64,000 nucleotides of DNA, from positions 1 to 64,000 of the forward strand of contig CAVVUN010000001.1 of NCBI GenBank assembly GCA_963751455.1, given 5' to 3'. Source of the DNA: Nitrospirota bacterium (GTDB taxonomy: Bacteria > Nitrospirota > UBA9217). This document shows, one piece after another, positions 31,340-40,217 of this stretch. The position numbers were made by a program, and so were the translations under genes. The number at the start of each line of letters is the position of its first letter. Positions within the stretch are counted from its first letter, which is position 1. The notes below the pieces were generated by a model. That model was not told the origin of the DNA and did not search any database. It saw only the letters and a list, made by a program, of their open reading frames with translations.

Positions 31340-31731
31340 CATTTGTTTTTCTTTGATGGAGTAGTCGATGATAAAATATTTGAAGAAGATGGAAAACTCA
31401 CCGTATTTTTGGTGGTCTGTTGGCTATTTTGCATTGGCTGTTGGACTTGCGGTGCATCATGTCCTTCTGATGGTTTACCTTGATAAATGGAAAGAAGAAT
31501 CTGCACGATCATTAGAACTATCCCGACAACTGCGCCAATGCCAGCAAGTCTACTCCAAAATAAATTTCTTGAAAACTGAGCATTAGTTTTGGCTTCTTCA
31601 AGTTTTTCGCGTTTATCTATTTCTGAAATGATGATCTGATATTCTACTGCATTAACAGTATAGCGAGTAAGGTAATGTTTTAGCGTAGACTTAGACATTT
31701 TACGAAATTCATCTTCGGTAGGCATATCCAT
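31339..31731 (-). CDS. Cassette hypothetical membrane protein
   Basis: 130 aa, one TM helix, stop abuts the attC R'' box. Confidence 0.7.
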   Translation of the reverse strand: MDMPTEDEFRKMSKSTLKHYLTRYTVNAVEYQIIISEIDKREKLEEAKTNAQFSRNLFWSRLAGIGAVVGIVLMIVQILLSIYQGKPSEGHDAPQVQQPMQNSQQTTKNTVSFPSSSNILSSTTPSKKNK

Positions 31732-31795
31732 TTGTCCTTTTTGGCTTTGTGGCCCGCTCAGTCGCTTGTCGATCTGGTGCGTGTGGTTGGAAAAA

Positions 31796-31853
31796 GTCCA
31801 ACAATATATTATAGGGACGGACTACAGTATCATAGAAAATACGAATCAGTCAA
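31796..31853 (-). promoter_or_regulatory. Candidate attI core and cassette promoter Pc
   Basis: GTTGGAC core at 31796-31802 nearly matches the complement of the first-cassette R''; TTGACT-18-TACTGT points into the array; divergent from intI. Confidence 0.45.
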
Positions 31854-31988
31854 CATGAATTGATAAAAAACTTGACTCAACCTGCGGAAATCATTACAAT
31901 TGCAGAAAATTAGAATATTACATTTCGGACAATTTTTATTTTATCGAAATAATATTCAAATCAGACAATTCACGGCAAGGCGGTCCCC

Positions 31989-32236
31989 ATGCTTCCCATC
32001 CCGGACGATCGACATAGTGAAGCCCTTCAACGCGCTCATGGAGGAAAAGTCGGTCCCGCCGCTCTTCGTCGCACACCTTCCGCCACAGCTTCGCGACTCA
32101 TTTGCTCCAGGCGAATTACGACATCCGAACGATCCAGACTCTTTTAGGTCACTCTGATATTCGAACGACCATGATCTACACCCACTGCATTCCGAGCAAG
32201 GCGGCGAAAGAAGTGAAAAGTCCGCTGGATTTTTAA
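31989..32236 (+). pseudogene. intI: Integron integrase remnant with a large internal deletion
   Basis: [38 protein letters not shown]...VKSPLDF* joined to ~30 putative N-terminal codons (MLPIPD..). Confidence 0.88.
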
Positions 32237-32240
32237 ATTA

Positions 32241-32510
32241 ATGAATAGCCCTGTTGAACAACCTATTGACGGCGTTCTTGATCTGCATACGTTCCAACCT
32301 GGGGACGTAAAAGACCTCGTGCCTGATTATCTGACTGCCTGCCGTGAACGTGGAATCCTTCAGGTACGTATCATTCACGGAAAAGGCACAGGCGCTCTTC
32401 GGCGGACAGTAGAGTCGGTCCTTAAGAAACTGCCGTATGTGGAATCGTATCGGATTGCCGGGGAAGGCGCAGGTGAATGGGGAGCGATGATTGTTCAGTT
32501 GAAAGGGTAG
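32241..32510 (+). CDS. Smr/MutS2 C-terminal domain protein
   Basis: [27 protein letters not shown]. Confidence 0.9.
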   Translation: MNSPVEQPIDGVLDLHTFQPGDVKDLVPDYLTACRERGILQVRIIHGKGTGALRRTVESVLKKLPYVESYRIAGEGAGEWGAMIVQLKG

Positions 32511-32553
32511 ATTGCCATTTACCTTCATCTAATTTTTTCTTTTCTCAATGCTT

Positions 32554-32687
32554 TGATTAACTCGTAAAAAGTCGTCATTCCCGCTTGTCGGGAATCGTAT
32601 CGCCACGCAACACACTGAAAAAGAAGGATTCCGGACAAGCCGGAATGACGGTCTTTCGGTGATTTTCGACTTTTTACGAGACCATCA
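32554..32687. mobile_element. MITE of the same end family as 5517-5649
   Basis: TGATTAACTCGTAAAAAGTC ... GACTTTTTACGAGACCATCA, flanked by ATGCTT repeats. Confidence 0.65.
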
Positions 32688-32922
32688 ATGCTTGACAGCC
32701 CACGAAAAATCCGGTCATCAGCGGACTTATCCGCTTTACTCTTTTAATTTTTATCCCGGCCTCAGACCATCCGATCCTTACGCCTCTTTTTCTGTTATTT
32801 AATGTAATTTATTGAAGTTTAAGTACTTATATTATTGTTATAAACATATAATACTTGACTTTCTCTTTTTTTTATAATACATTTGTACTACATTAGTATA
32901 AAAATACTGACTGGAGGTCCAA

Positions 32923-33546
32923 ATGTCTATTAATCCTAATAAGGTCGCGATCGATCCGTACCTGAAAGCCTACCTCAATAAATATATCGACGAGAGGATA
33001 GTCAACGCATCCCGCCAGATCTATGATGCCTTGAATAAAAAGATCACGAACCTGGACGCCAAGGTCCGTGACGTCGAAGTCAAGGTCCAAAAAAACAGGG
33101 TCGCCATTATCGCATCCAAAGGTACGCTTGATATGGCTTATCCTCCGCTCCTGCTTGCCACCGGCGCGCGCAGCATGGGGATCGATGCATCGGTCTTCTT
33201 TACGCTTTACGGGGTCAATATTTTAAAGAAAAACGCGAGACTGAAGGTTGCTCCGATAGCAAATCCCGCAATGCCTGTTCCGATGCCGAACATCATCGGT
33301 GCGCTTCCGGGAATGACCGAACTAGCCTCGCTGATGATGAAGGGCATGTTCAAGAAGCGGTCCGTGCCGACAATCAAGGAGCTGCTCGACATGGCCCGCG
33401 AGACAAAAGTGCAGATGGTGGCCTGCCAGATGACGCTGGATGTCATGGGTATCAAAAAGAAAGATCTTATAGACGGGATAGAATTCGGAGGTCTTGCGAC
33501 CTTCCTCGAATACGGTATGGGTTCGACGGTTACGCTGTTCGTCTAG
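32923..33546 (+). CDS. DsrE/DsrF/DrsH-like (DsrE2) sulfur-relay family protein
   Basis: IIASKGTLDMAYPPLLLA, FFTLYG, VACQMTLDVMG. Confidence 0.88.
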   Translation: MSINPNKVAIDPYLKAYLNKYIDERIVNASRQIYDALNKKITNLDAKVRDVEVKVQKNRVAIIASKGTLDMAYPPLLLATGARSMGIDASVFFTLYGVNILKKNARLKVAPIANPAMPVPMPNIIGALPGMTELASLMMKGMFKKRSVPTIKELLDMARETKVQMVACQMTLDVMGIKKKDLIDGIEFGGLATFLEYGMGSTVTLFV

Positions 33547-33548
33547 CG

Positions 33549-33748
33549 TAGTGTCTCACAAACGACTGGTGTTATCATAGCGCAGCAGTAGGCCGTAGCC
33601 AAACTTGTAGGGCAAGGCTTTAGCCTTGCTGAAAGCGCCGGAACAGCAGCAACCCTAAAGGGTCGCCCTACAAATTCATCAGCAAATATTTATGCGAAGA
33701 TAAGTTTTCGATGAAATCATCATAACACCGTCCATTTAAGAGACACTA
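33549..33748. mobile_element. MITE enclosing a GTAG REP pair (33607-33671)
   Basis: TAGTGTCTC..GGTGTTAT / ATAACACC..GAGACACTA ends; GTAGGGCAAGGCTTTAGCCTTGC ... GCAACCCTAAAGGGTCGCCCTAC. Confidence 0.65.
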
Positions 33749-33782
33749 CACTAGCATTATTGCCGAATCAGGAGGAAAGACA

Positions 33783-34211
33783 ATGGAACAAGGTATTCCT
33801 GTAAGGACGACAAAGGGACGTGATGCTCTTAAAAATAATCCAGCGGACCTGCCGCTCCTGTGCCGGAACATTCTGATACAGATCGACGGAAAAAATTCAT
33901 TGGATGACATTAAAGCAACGTTCCGGGGACTCAAAGGCCTCGATGAAGCCATCGAAAAACTCTTTGCCGGACGTTATATACACGCAGGCACCGATTGCCA
34001 TGAACTGGTTAAAGCGCTTGCCCGCAAGCTGTTAGGCACCAACTCACCGACGTTGATAAAGAAGATCGATGAGCTTCATGCCAAATACGGAGAACAGTGC
34101 TGGTCTCATCTTGACGAGATTGATAAGCATGCTAGGCTGTTCTACGGACAAGTCATCGCTGACCAGTTGAAAGCGGAAATCTCCAAGATTCTGGAGAAAA
34201 CCAGGAAATAG
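33783..34211 (+). CDS. Hypothetical protein
   Basis: 142 aa, AGGAGG RBS, RNILIQIDGK winged-helix-like start. Confidence 0.65.
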   Translation: MEQGIPVRTTKGRDALKNNPADLPLLCRNILIQIDGKNSLDDIKATFRGLKGLDEAIEKLFAGRYIHAGTDCHELVKALARKLLGTNSPTLIKKIDELHAKYGEQCWSHLDEIDKHARLFYGQVIADQLKAEISKILEKTRK

Positions 34212-34581
34212 ATAAAGGAATTTCGCATAGCGCATGGCGCGGAGCGCATAGCGTAAAACCACCCCTCTCCTCACCTTCCCTGCAGCCTTTTGTGTTTCAT
34301 GTTTCTTGCTTTGTCATCTCTGCATTACACCATCTTACTTATGCCGTCTTACCCGCTTTTCCAAAACACCCGCTGCATCCCGTGACCACTCCCTACTCTC
34401 GCGCTTGCGCACACCCCATACTCGCGGTTCCACTCATAATCACCGGGTGCAGGCTCGAAGTCGTTGGGTGCAGATCGTCCGCGCATTACCATGACCGGCA
34501 GTAGTGTCGGTAAACCACAAATCGTGCATGCGCGTGCGAAGCTCAGCGCAATAGAGGGCCATTCTGATTGGAAAAAACAAA

Positions 34582-34747
34582 GTAACTATTCAGGTCATTT
34601 TTTTATCCGCAGATTACGCAGATTACGCAGATAAAAACAAAACCAGAATTCCGGTTAAAATCTGCGTAAATCTGCGAAATCTGCGGATAGAAGGGTTTTC
34701 TCTCAGATTTGTCTTAATGCCGTTCTGAAAAGAAGCTGAATGGTTAC
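34582..34747. mobile_element. MITE with IS1595-like ends and an 8-bp target duplication
   Basis: GTAACTATTCAG/CTGAATGGTTAC TIRs, AAAACAAA on both sides, CGCAGATT palindrome inside. Confidence 0.75.
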
Positions 34748-34936
34748 AAAACAAAAATCAAACTGTCATGTCTGCGTGGCGCTGGGAACGGCGGTGCAGA
34801 AAAAAGAAAAGGATCTTGAACTTCCCGGCATGACGTTCAGGATCTTTTTTTTTGAGAAATATAAAAGTGTATTTTTTTTCGAACATGACAGGATTCGCAG
34901 GTCCATGCAAGCATGAGTGTGTGTTCATCCGCGAAT

Positions 34937-34968
34937 AAAAAAGGCAGGGAGTTTATCCCCTGCCTTTT
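34937..34968. terminator. Intrinsic terminator, probably bidirectional, downstream of the lytic transglycosylase gene
   Basis: AAAAAAGGCAGGG-loop-CCCTGCCTTTT. Confidence 0.75.
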
Positions 34969-35018
34969 GAAATGAATTATCGCTGACCAAACACTCCCCA
35001 GCGGGGAGGAGACGTCAG

Positions 35019-36518
35019 TTATGTCGTGCTTCTCGACGGTATCCTGAGCCGCTGACCGATTCTCAGCAGGTTACCTTTACGCATATGGTTCGCTTCGAGA
35101 ATGCGTTGAATGCTCGTGCGGTAACGGAGCGCTATAAGGTTCAGGGTCTCCCCGCGCCGTACGCGATGGACCACATATTCCACTTTCGGGGCCGACCACT
35201 TCGGCATCTTATCCAGCTGTGCGGTCAGTATCTCCCCTTTTCCTTTCGGGACCCTCAACAGATAGGGCTTGTCCGGCGTTGCGTCGCGCCGAAGCTCGGG
35301 ATTCAGTTTTGTCAGCTCTGCCAGCGTGACGTCGATTTTTTCCGCTACAGAGTTGAGATGGACCGGCCTGTCCACGTTGACGGTCTCATACGACAACGGC
35401 TGCTCCAGCTGGTCCAGCGTAAATCCGTATTTTGCCGGATCCTTTATGATCGCCAGCGTCGCGAGGAACCTGGGGTAGTAGCGGGCCGTTTCCCGCGGCA
35501 GGTGTCCGTAGAAGTCCCAAAAGTTGTCAAGATAGCTGATTTTCTGTTCCCTGATCACCCGCCCCACCGCGCCCTCGCCGCAGTTATAGGCTGCAAGCAC
35601 TGTCGCCCAGTCACCGAACATATTGTGCAATTCTGTCATGTACGCAATGGCAGCGGCTGTTGCCTTGGCCGGGTCGAGCCGTTCATCAATCCAGTCGTTT
35701 CTTTTAAGTCCGAACTTGTACCCGGTGGAAGGAATAAACTGCCAGAGGCCAAACGCGCGGGCACGCGAAAGCGCTCTCGCCTTGAACCCGCTTTCGATAA
35801 GGGGCAGCCATGAAAGTTCAGAGGGAAGGCCGGCCTGCTTCAATGCCTTCACCATTTCCTCCCGGTACAGGCCGGAGCGTCTGTACGATTCCAGGAAGAA
35901 GTCGCGCTCTATCGTCTGGAACGACTGGATCTCGCGCAGTACGTGATCGTTGATGACCATGGGAATCTCATTGTGGCTTCCCTTTACCGCAACATGCCGT
36001 GACGCGTACATCTCCGCAATCCTCTTTGAAATCAGGAACCGGAGATCGTCCTTTTGCTGCGAGAGCCCGGGAGCAGCCGGCACCTTCAACACAAGCGCAT
36101 ACGCCTGGTCCAGCGATTCGATCGCATGGTCGATGTCGTTCTCCATCCAGTATTCCTGTGCGGTTTCCGTAAGTTCGAGGGCGGTATCCAGCAGGGCTTC
36201 GTCATCGTCACTGATGTCTCTGGTCTCTTTTTTCGCTCCCAAACCGCTTTTGTCGCTTGAAGACGGCAATGCATCCGGCACTTCGCGTATAGCGTTCATA
36301 TAAGACGAAACAGCTGGCTCCTCAACCGATGCAGCTACAACCGGGGACACGCTCTCTTGCGGGTCCAAAGCATCATCTTTACTTTCTACAACCGGAACCG
36401 ACGCGCAACTGAATAATCCGAGAACGAATGAGAACAGCATGATGTTTTTAAAAGTAGTGGATAGTCTGGTCATTATCATTATTCCTATGAAAAAAGTGAG
36501 AGAGATAGAGGCGAGCAA
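35019..36518 (-). CDS. MltD-like lytic murein transglycosylase lipoprotein with LysM domain (start uncertain)
   Basis: LPLIESGF, GLWQFIPSTG, LAAYNCGEG, LPRETARY, HRVRRGETL. Confidence 0.9.
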   Translation of the reverse strand: MLASISLTFFIGIMIMTRLSTTFKNIMLFSFVLGLFSCASVPVVESKDDALDPQESVSPVVAASVEEPAVSSYMNAIREVPDALPSSSDKSGLGAKKETRDISDDDEALLDTALELTETAQEYWMENDIDHAIESLDQAYALVLKVPAAPGLSQQKDDLRFLISKRIAEMYASRHVAVKGSHNEIPMVINDHVLREIQSFQTIERDFFLESYRRSGLYREEMVKALKQAGLPSELSWLPLIESGFKARALSRARAFGLWQFIPSTGYKFGLKRNDWIDERLDPAKATAAAIAYMTELHNMFGDWATVLAAYNCGEGAVGRVIREQKISYLDNFWDFYGHLPRETARYYPRFLATLAIIKDPAKYGFTLDQLEQPLSYETVNVDRPVHLNSVAEKIDVTLAELTKLNPELRRDATPDKPYLLRVPKGKGEILTAQLDKMPKWSAPKVEYVVHRVRRGETLNLIALRYRTSIQRILEANHMRKGNLLRIGQRLRIPSRSTT

Positions 36519-36672
36519 ATATTAAACGATACAAAACGAAATTGCAATTAAATTCAACCATAGTATTCCGTTATCTTTAATATACCGCAGAAGACGCAAT
36601 TGACAAGACTTAAAGGCAAGAGGTAGTATGCTTGTGACTTAGGTCACAGCTTTTTTATCGGGAAAGGAATGC

Positions 36673-37296
36673 ATGATGATGATGTTGATTGCGATTCATA
36701 AAAAAATGTTTACTCGGCATCGCGTCATGCCGCTTTTGCTGTTCGTATTATATGTGAGTTCCTGTGCGGCGCCTTCTTTGCCGGGGCCGGACCGCCTTGC
36801 TCAACCAAAAAAAAACATGCCTCGTTTCAGCACTGTCGACATGGAACAGCAAATCCATGTCCTTGTGAACAAAGAGCGTCAAAAATCGGGTTTGAGTCCT
36901 GTTAAGTGGGATGATGCTCTCGCGCGGATTGCAAGGAAGCATAGCGCAGACATGGCGCGGCGAAATTATTTCAGCCACAATTCGCCCGAAGGACATGACT
37001 TCTCGTACCGTTATAATGCAGAAGGCTATGCCTGCGGGATCCGTGTGGAGCAGCGCATTTACCAGGGCGCGGAGAATTTATTTCAGAATAATCTGTACGA
37101 CCGGGCGGTTCATTCCGGAAATACAACCCGGTATGACTGGAATTCCATGAAGAAGATTGCTGAATCGACGGTCCGCGGCTGGATGAACAGTCCCGGCCAC
37201 AAAAAGAACATCCTGACGCCCGCCTGGAGAAACGAGGGAGTCGGTGTCATAATCGCGCCGGACGACAAGGTTTATATCACGGAGAACTTTTGCTGA
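36673..37296 (+). CDS. CAP/SCP domain lipoprotein
   Basis: ARKHSADMARRNYFSH, AENL, GWMNSPGHKKNIL. Confidence 0.9.
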   Translation: MMMMLIAIHKKMFTRHRVMPLLLFVLYVSSCAAPSLPGPDRLAQPKKNMPRFSTVDMEQQIHVLVNKERQKSGLSPVKWDDALARIARKHSADMARRNYFSHNSPEGHDFSYRYNAEGYACGIRVEQRIYQGAENLFQNNLYDRAVHSGNTTRYDWNSMKKIAESTVRGWMNSPGHKKNILTPAWRNEGVGVIIAPDDKVYITENFC

Positions 37297-37429
37297 ACCT
37301 CAGAAGAATTGCATATTGCAGAATGCAAAGTGCAAAATGCAGAGTTATTGAATATCTGACGGATTCGCTACACAACAATTTGCAATTTTCAATTTGAAAT
37401 ATCCAATTTGCAATGCAAGCCTGCGTTCC

Positions 37430-37813
37430 CTATCCCTTCCACGCTATAAAATCCATTTCAAGGGCCGCATCTTTCGGCAAACGAGATACCTCCACGGTAG
37501 CCCTGGCAGGCGGGTCGGACAGGAAATAGGTCCCATAAACTTCGTTCACAATTGTGAAGTCCGCCATGTTCCTGAGATAGATCGTTGTTTTCACCACCGA
37601 TGACAGCGGGCATCCGGCTCCTGAAAGTATTGCTTTAGCATTTTCGATTACTCTTATGGTCTGGGCTTTTATGTCGCCCTGAATGATAGCGCCTGCCTGG
37701 GGGTCGAGCGGGATCTGGCCTGAGACAAAAACAAAGCCTCCTGCCTCTACGGCCTGGGAATACGGCCCGATTGCCTGGGGCGCATTGGAAGTTTTTATGA
37801 TTTTCTTCTCCAC
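37430..37813 (-). CDS. ridA: RidA family enamine/imine deaminase
   Basis: APQAIGPYSQA, SGQIP, PARATVEVSRLP. Confidence 0.93.
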   Translation of the reverse strand: MEKKIIKTSNAPQAIGPYSQAVEAGGFVFVSGQIPLDPQAGAIIQGDIKAQTIRVIENAKAILSGAGCPLSSVVKTTIYLRNMADFTIVNEVYGTYFLSDPPARATVEVSRLPKDAALEMDFIAWKG

Positions 37814-37954
37814 AGATGCCCTCCAATTTACATTAAATTATTACTAATAACATATTAATTTAAAAAGATAATTCAATGCTAAAGTAAACCATTAAGTAAG
37901 TATTTTAACGATACCCTTACACTTTGCAATATGCAATTTCTTACCCGCCCTGCC

Positions 37955-40102
37955 CTACCCTGCCTTTACCCTTCTCACGTCCAGCACGCCGTTTACAGTC
38001 TCTATGTTCTTGATCACCCTGTTCAGATGTTCCACGTCCTTTATGTCCACCGTAAACGAAAGGGTCGCCTCATGGTTCTCATTGACGACTACCTCGGCGT
38101 GAGTGATATTCGCTTCAGTCGCACTGATCGATGAGGACACGTTTGCAAGCAGACCGGGCTTGTCCTCCGTCTTTACCACAATCTTGACAGCATGGGCTCC
38201 GGGCTGAAAATCGCCCCACGAAACCTCCACCAGGCGCTCCTTGTCAAAGGAGAGTTCTCCGACATTGGGACAGTCCGCAGTATGAATCGAGACCCCCCTG
38301 CCCCTCGTGATGAAACCGACCACCTTGTCGCCGGGCACAGGATTGCAGCACTTGGACAGATGGATCAGCATATTGTCCAAGCCGCTGATGTTCATGGCGT
38401 TGTTAGCCGGTTTCGGCTGCTTATGGAAGAGTTTCTTCGGAACGGCTTCGACATGGGTTTTATCGGGGGCTAACTTATTCGCAACCATGTGCGCCGAGAC
38501 CTTGCCGTACCCGACAGCGGCAAGCAGGTCGTCCAGCGTGTTGTGCGACATGTCTCGAGCGATTTTTATCAGGTCGTCGGACTTGAACACCTTAGAGGAG
38601 TTAAGGTCATGCTTCCTCAGCTCCTTATCGAGCAGTTCCTTGCCCAGCAGGATGCTCCTCCTGCGTTCTTCGATCTTGAGCCATGCCCTGATCCTCGTGC
38701 GCGCCTTTGACGTCTTCACGAATTTGAGCCAGTCCCTGCTCGGCGTATGGCCGGTCTGGGTGACGACTTCGATCTTGTCTCCGTTGTGCAGTATATGCTT
38801 GAGCGGCACGATCTTGCCGTTGACCTTTGCGCCCACGCACTGGTGGCCGATGTCCGTATGCACCGTGTAGGCGAAATCCACCGGGGTTGAGCCCTGCGGC
38901 AGCTCGCGTACGTCTCCCTTCGGCGTAAACACGTAAACCACGTCCGGGAAGAGGTCCCCCTTGACCGTCTCCATGAACTCCTTGGCATCCGGAAGGTCCC
39001 TCTGCCACTCCAGCAGCTGCCTCAGCCACGCAAACTGCTGTTCTTCACGCTGGCTGACGGCTGATTTTTCCTTGTACCGCCAGTGCGCTGCAATCCCTTC
39101 CTCGGCAATACGGTGCATTTCGTCGGTCCGGATCTGAAATTCGACACGCTCGCCTTTGGGGCCGATAATAGTGGTATGAAGCGATTGATAGAGGTTGGAC
39201 TTCGGGACGCCGATAAAATCCTTGAACCGGCCGGGCACCGGCGTCCAGAGCGAATGAATGAGGCCGAGGATCGCATAGCAGTTTACCTTGGTGTCCGTGA
39301 TGATCCTGATCGCGCTCAGGTCGTAGACGTCATCGAAGGATATCCCCTGCTTCAGCATCTTCTGGTAGATGCTGTAGAAATGCTTGGGCCGGCCCTTCAC
39401 CTCGCCCTTGAAACCGTGCTCCGCAAGCTGGCTGCGCATGATTTCGATCAGCTCGTTGATATAGGACTCCCGTTCGATGCGGCGCCGGTTTACTTTTTGA
39501 ACGAGGTCCTGGTATGCCTCCGGATTCAGGTACATGAACGAGAGGTCTTCGAGCTCCGTCTTGATTTTGGAAATACCGAGGCGGTTTGCGAGCGGCGCGT
39601 AAATGTCGAGGGTTTCCCGGGCGATTCGCTTCTGTTTTTCCGGCGGGAGCGATTTGAGGGTGCGCATGTTGTGAAGGCGGTCGGCAAGCTTGATGAGGAT
39701 CACCCTGATGTCCTTCGCCATGGCGACGATCATCTTGCGGAAATTGTCCGCCTCGCGCTGTTCGCTGCTCTGAAGCTCCATGCGGCTGATCTTCGTCATG
39801 CCGTCGACGAGCATGGCCACTTCCTCGCCGAATATGGCCGTGAGCTCTCCGGGTTCAGCGGGAGTGTCTTCGATAGTGTCGTGCAGGAGGCCTGCCGCCA
39901 CGGTCGCCGCATCCAGCTGGAGGCCGGCCAGAATGGCCGCGACCTCGATGGGGTGGATGAGATAGGCCTCTCCCGAGAGACGTGTCTGCCCCTGGTGCGC
40001 CTTTGCGGAAAAGATATAGGCGCGCCTCAACAGATTGACGTCGGCGTCCGGATGATACTGCTGTATCCGTTCAACTATGTCTTCAAGCCGAATGGGAGGC
40101 AT
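37955..40102 (-). CDS. rel: Bifunctional (p)ppGpp synthetase/hydrolase (RelA/SpoT)
   Basis: LLHDTIED, KLADRLHNMRT, YQSLHTT, EFQIRT, TGS and ACT domains. Confidence 0.96.
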   Translation of the reverse strand: MPPIRLEDIVERIQQYHPDADVNLLRRAYIFSAKAHQGQTRLSGEAYLIHPIEVAAILAGLQLDAATVAAGLLHDTIEDTPAEPGELTAIFGEEVAMLVDGMTKISRMELQSSEQREADNFRKMIVAMAKDIRVILIKLADRLHNMRTLKSLPPEKQKRIARETLDIYAPLANRLGISKIKTELEDLSFMYLNPEAYQDLVQKVNRRRIERESYINELIEIMRSQLAEHGFKGEVKGRPKHFYSIYQKMLKQGISFDDVYDLSAIRIITDTKVNCYAILGLIHSLWTPVPGRFKDFIGVPKSNLYQSLHTTIIGPKGERVEFQIRTDEMHRIAEEGIAAHWRYKEKSAVSQREEQQFAWLRQLLEWQRDLPDAKEFMETVKGDLFPDVVYVFTPKGDVRELPQGSTPVDFAYTVHTDIGHQCVGAKVNGKIVPLKHILHNGDKIEVVTQTGHTPSRDWLKFVKTSKARTRIRAWLKIEERRRSILLGKELLDKELRKHDLNSSKVFKSDDLIKIARDMSHNTLDDLLAAVGYGKVSAHMVANKLAPDKTHVEAVPKKLFHKQPKPANNAMNISGLDNMLIHLSKCCNPVPGDKVVGFITRGRGVSIHTADCPNVGELSFDKERLVEVSWGDFQPGAHAVKIVVKTEDKPGLLANVSSSISATEANITHAEVVVNENHEATLSFTVDIKDVEHLNRVIKNIETVNGVLDVRRVKAG

Positions 40103-40217
40103 AAATAGTTTATGATCTTATCCGCGGATTACACAGATTTCACGGATTAAAAAATAAATTTTCCAGGATTCTGAATCTGCGACCATCTGCGAAATCTGCG
40201 GATTTCTCTTGGGAAAC

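Noticed and set aside
37308-37417. Heptamer-like runs (also 1580-1660 and 60405-60530) as a functional array
   Set aside because: Short degenerate inverted 7-mer runs in intergenic gaps, best seen as ordinary palindromic filler or terminators.
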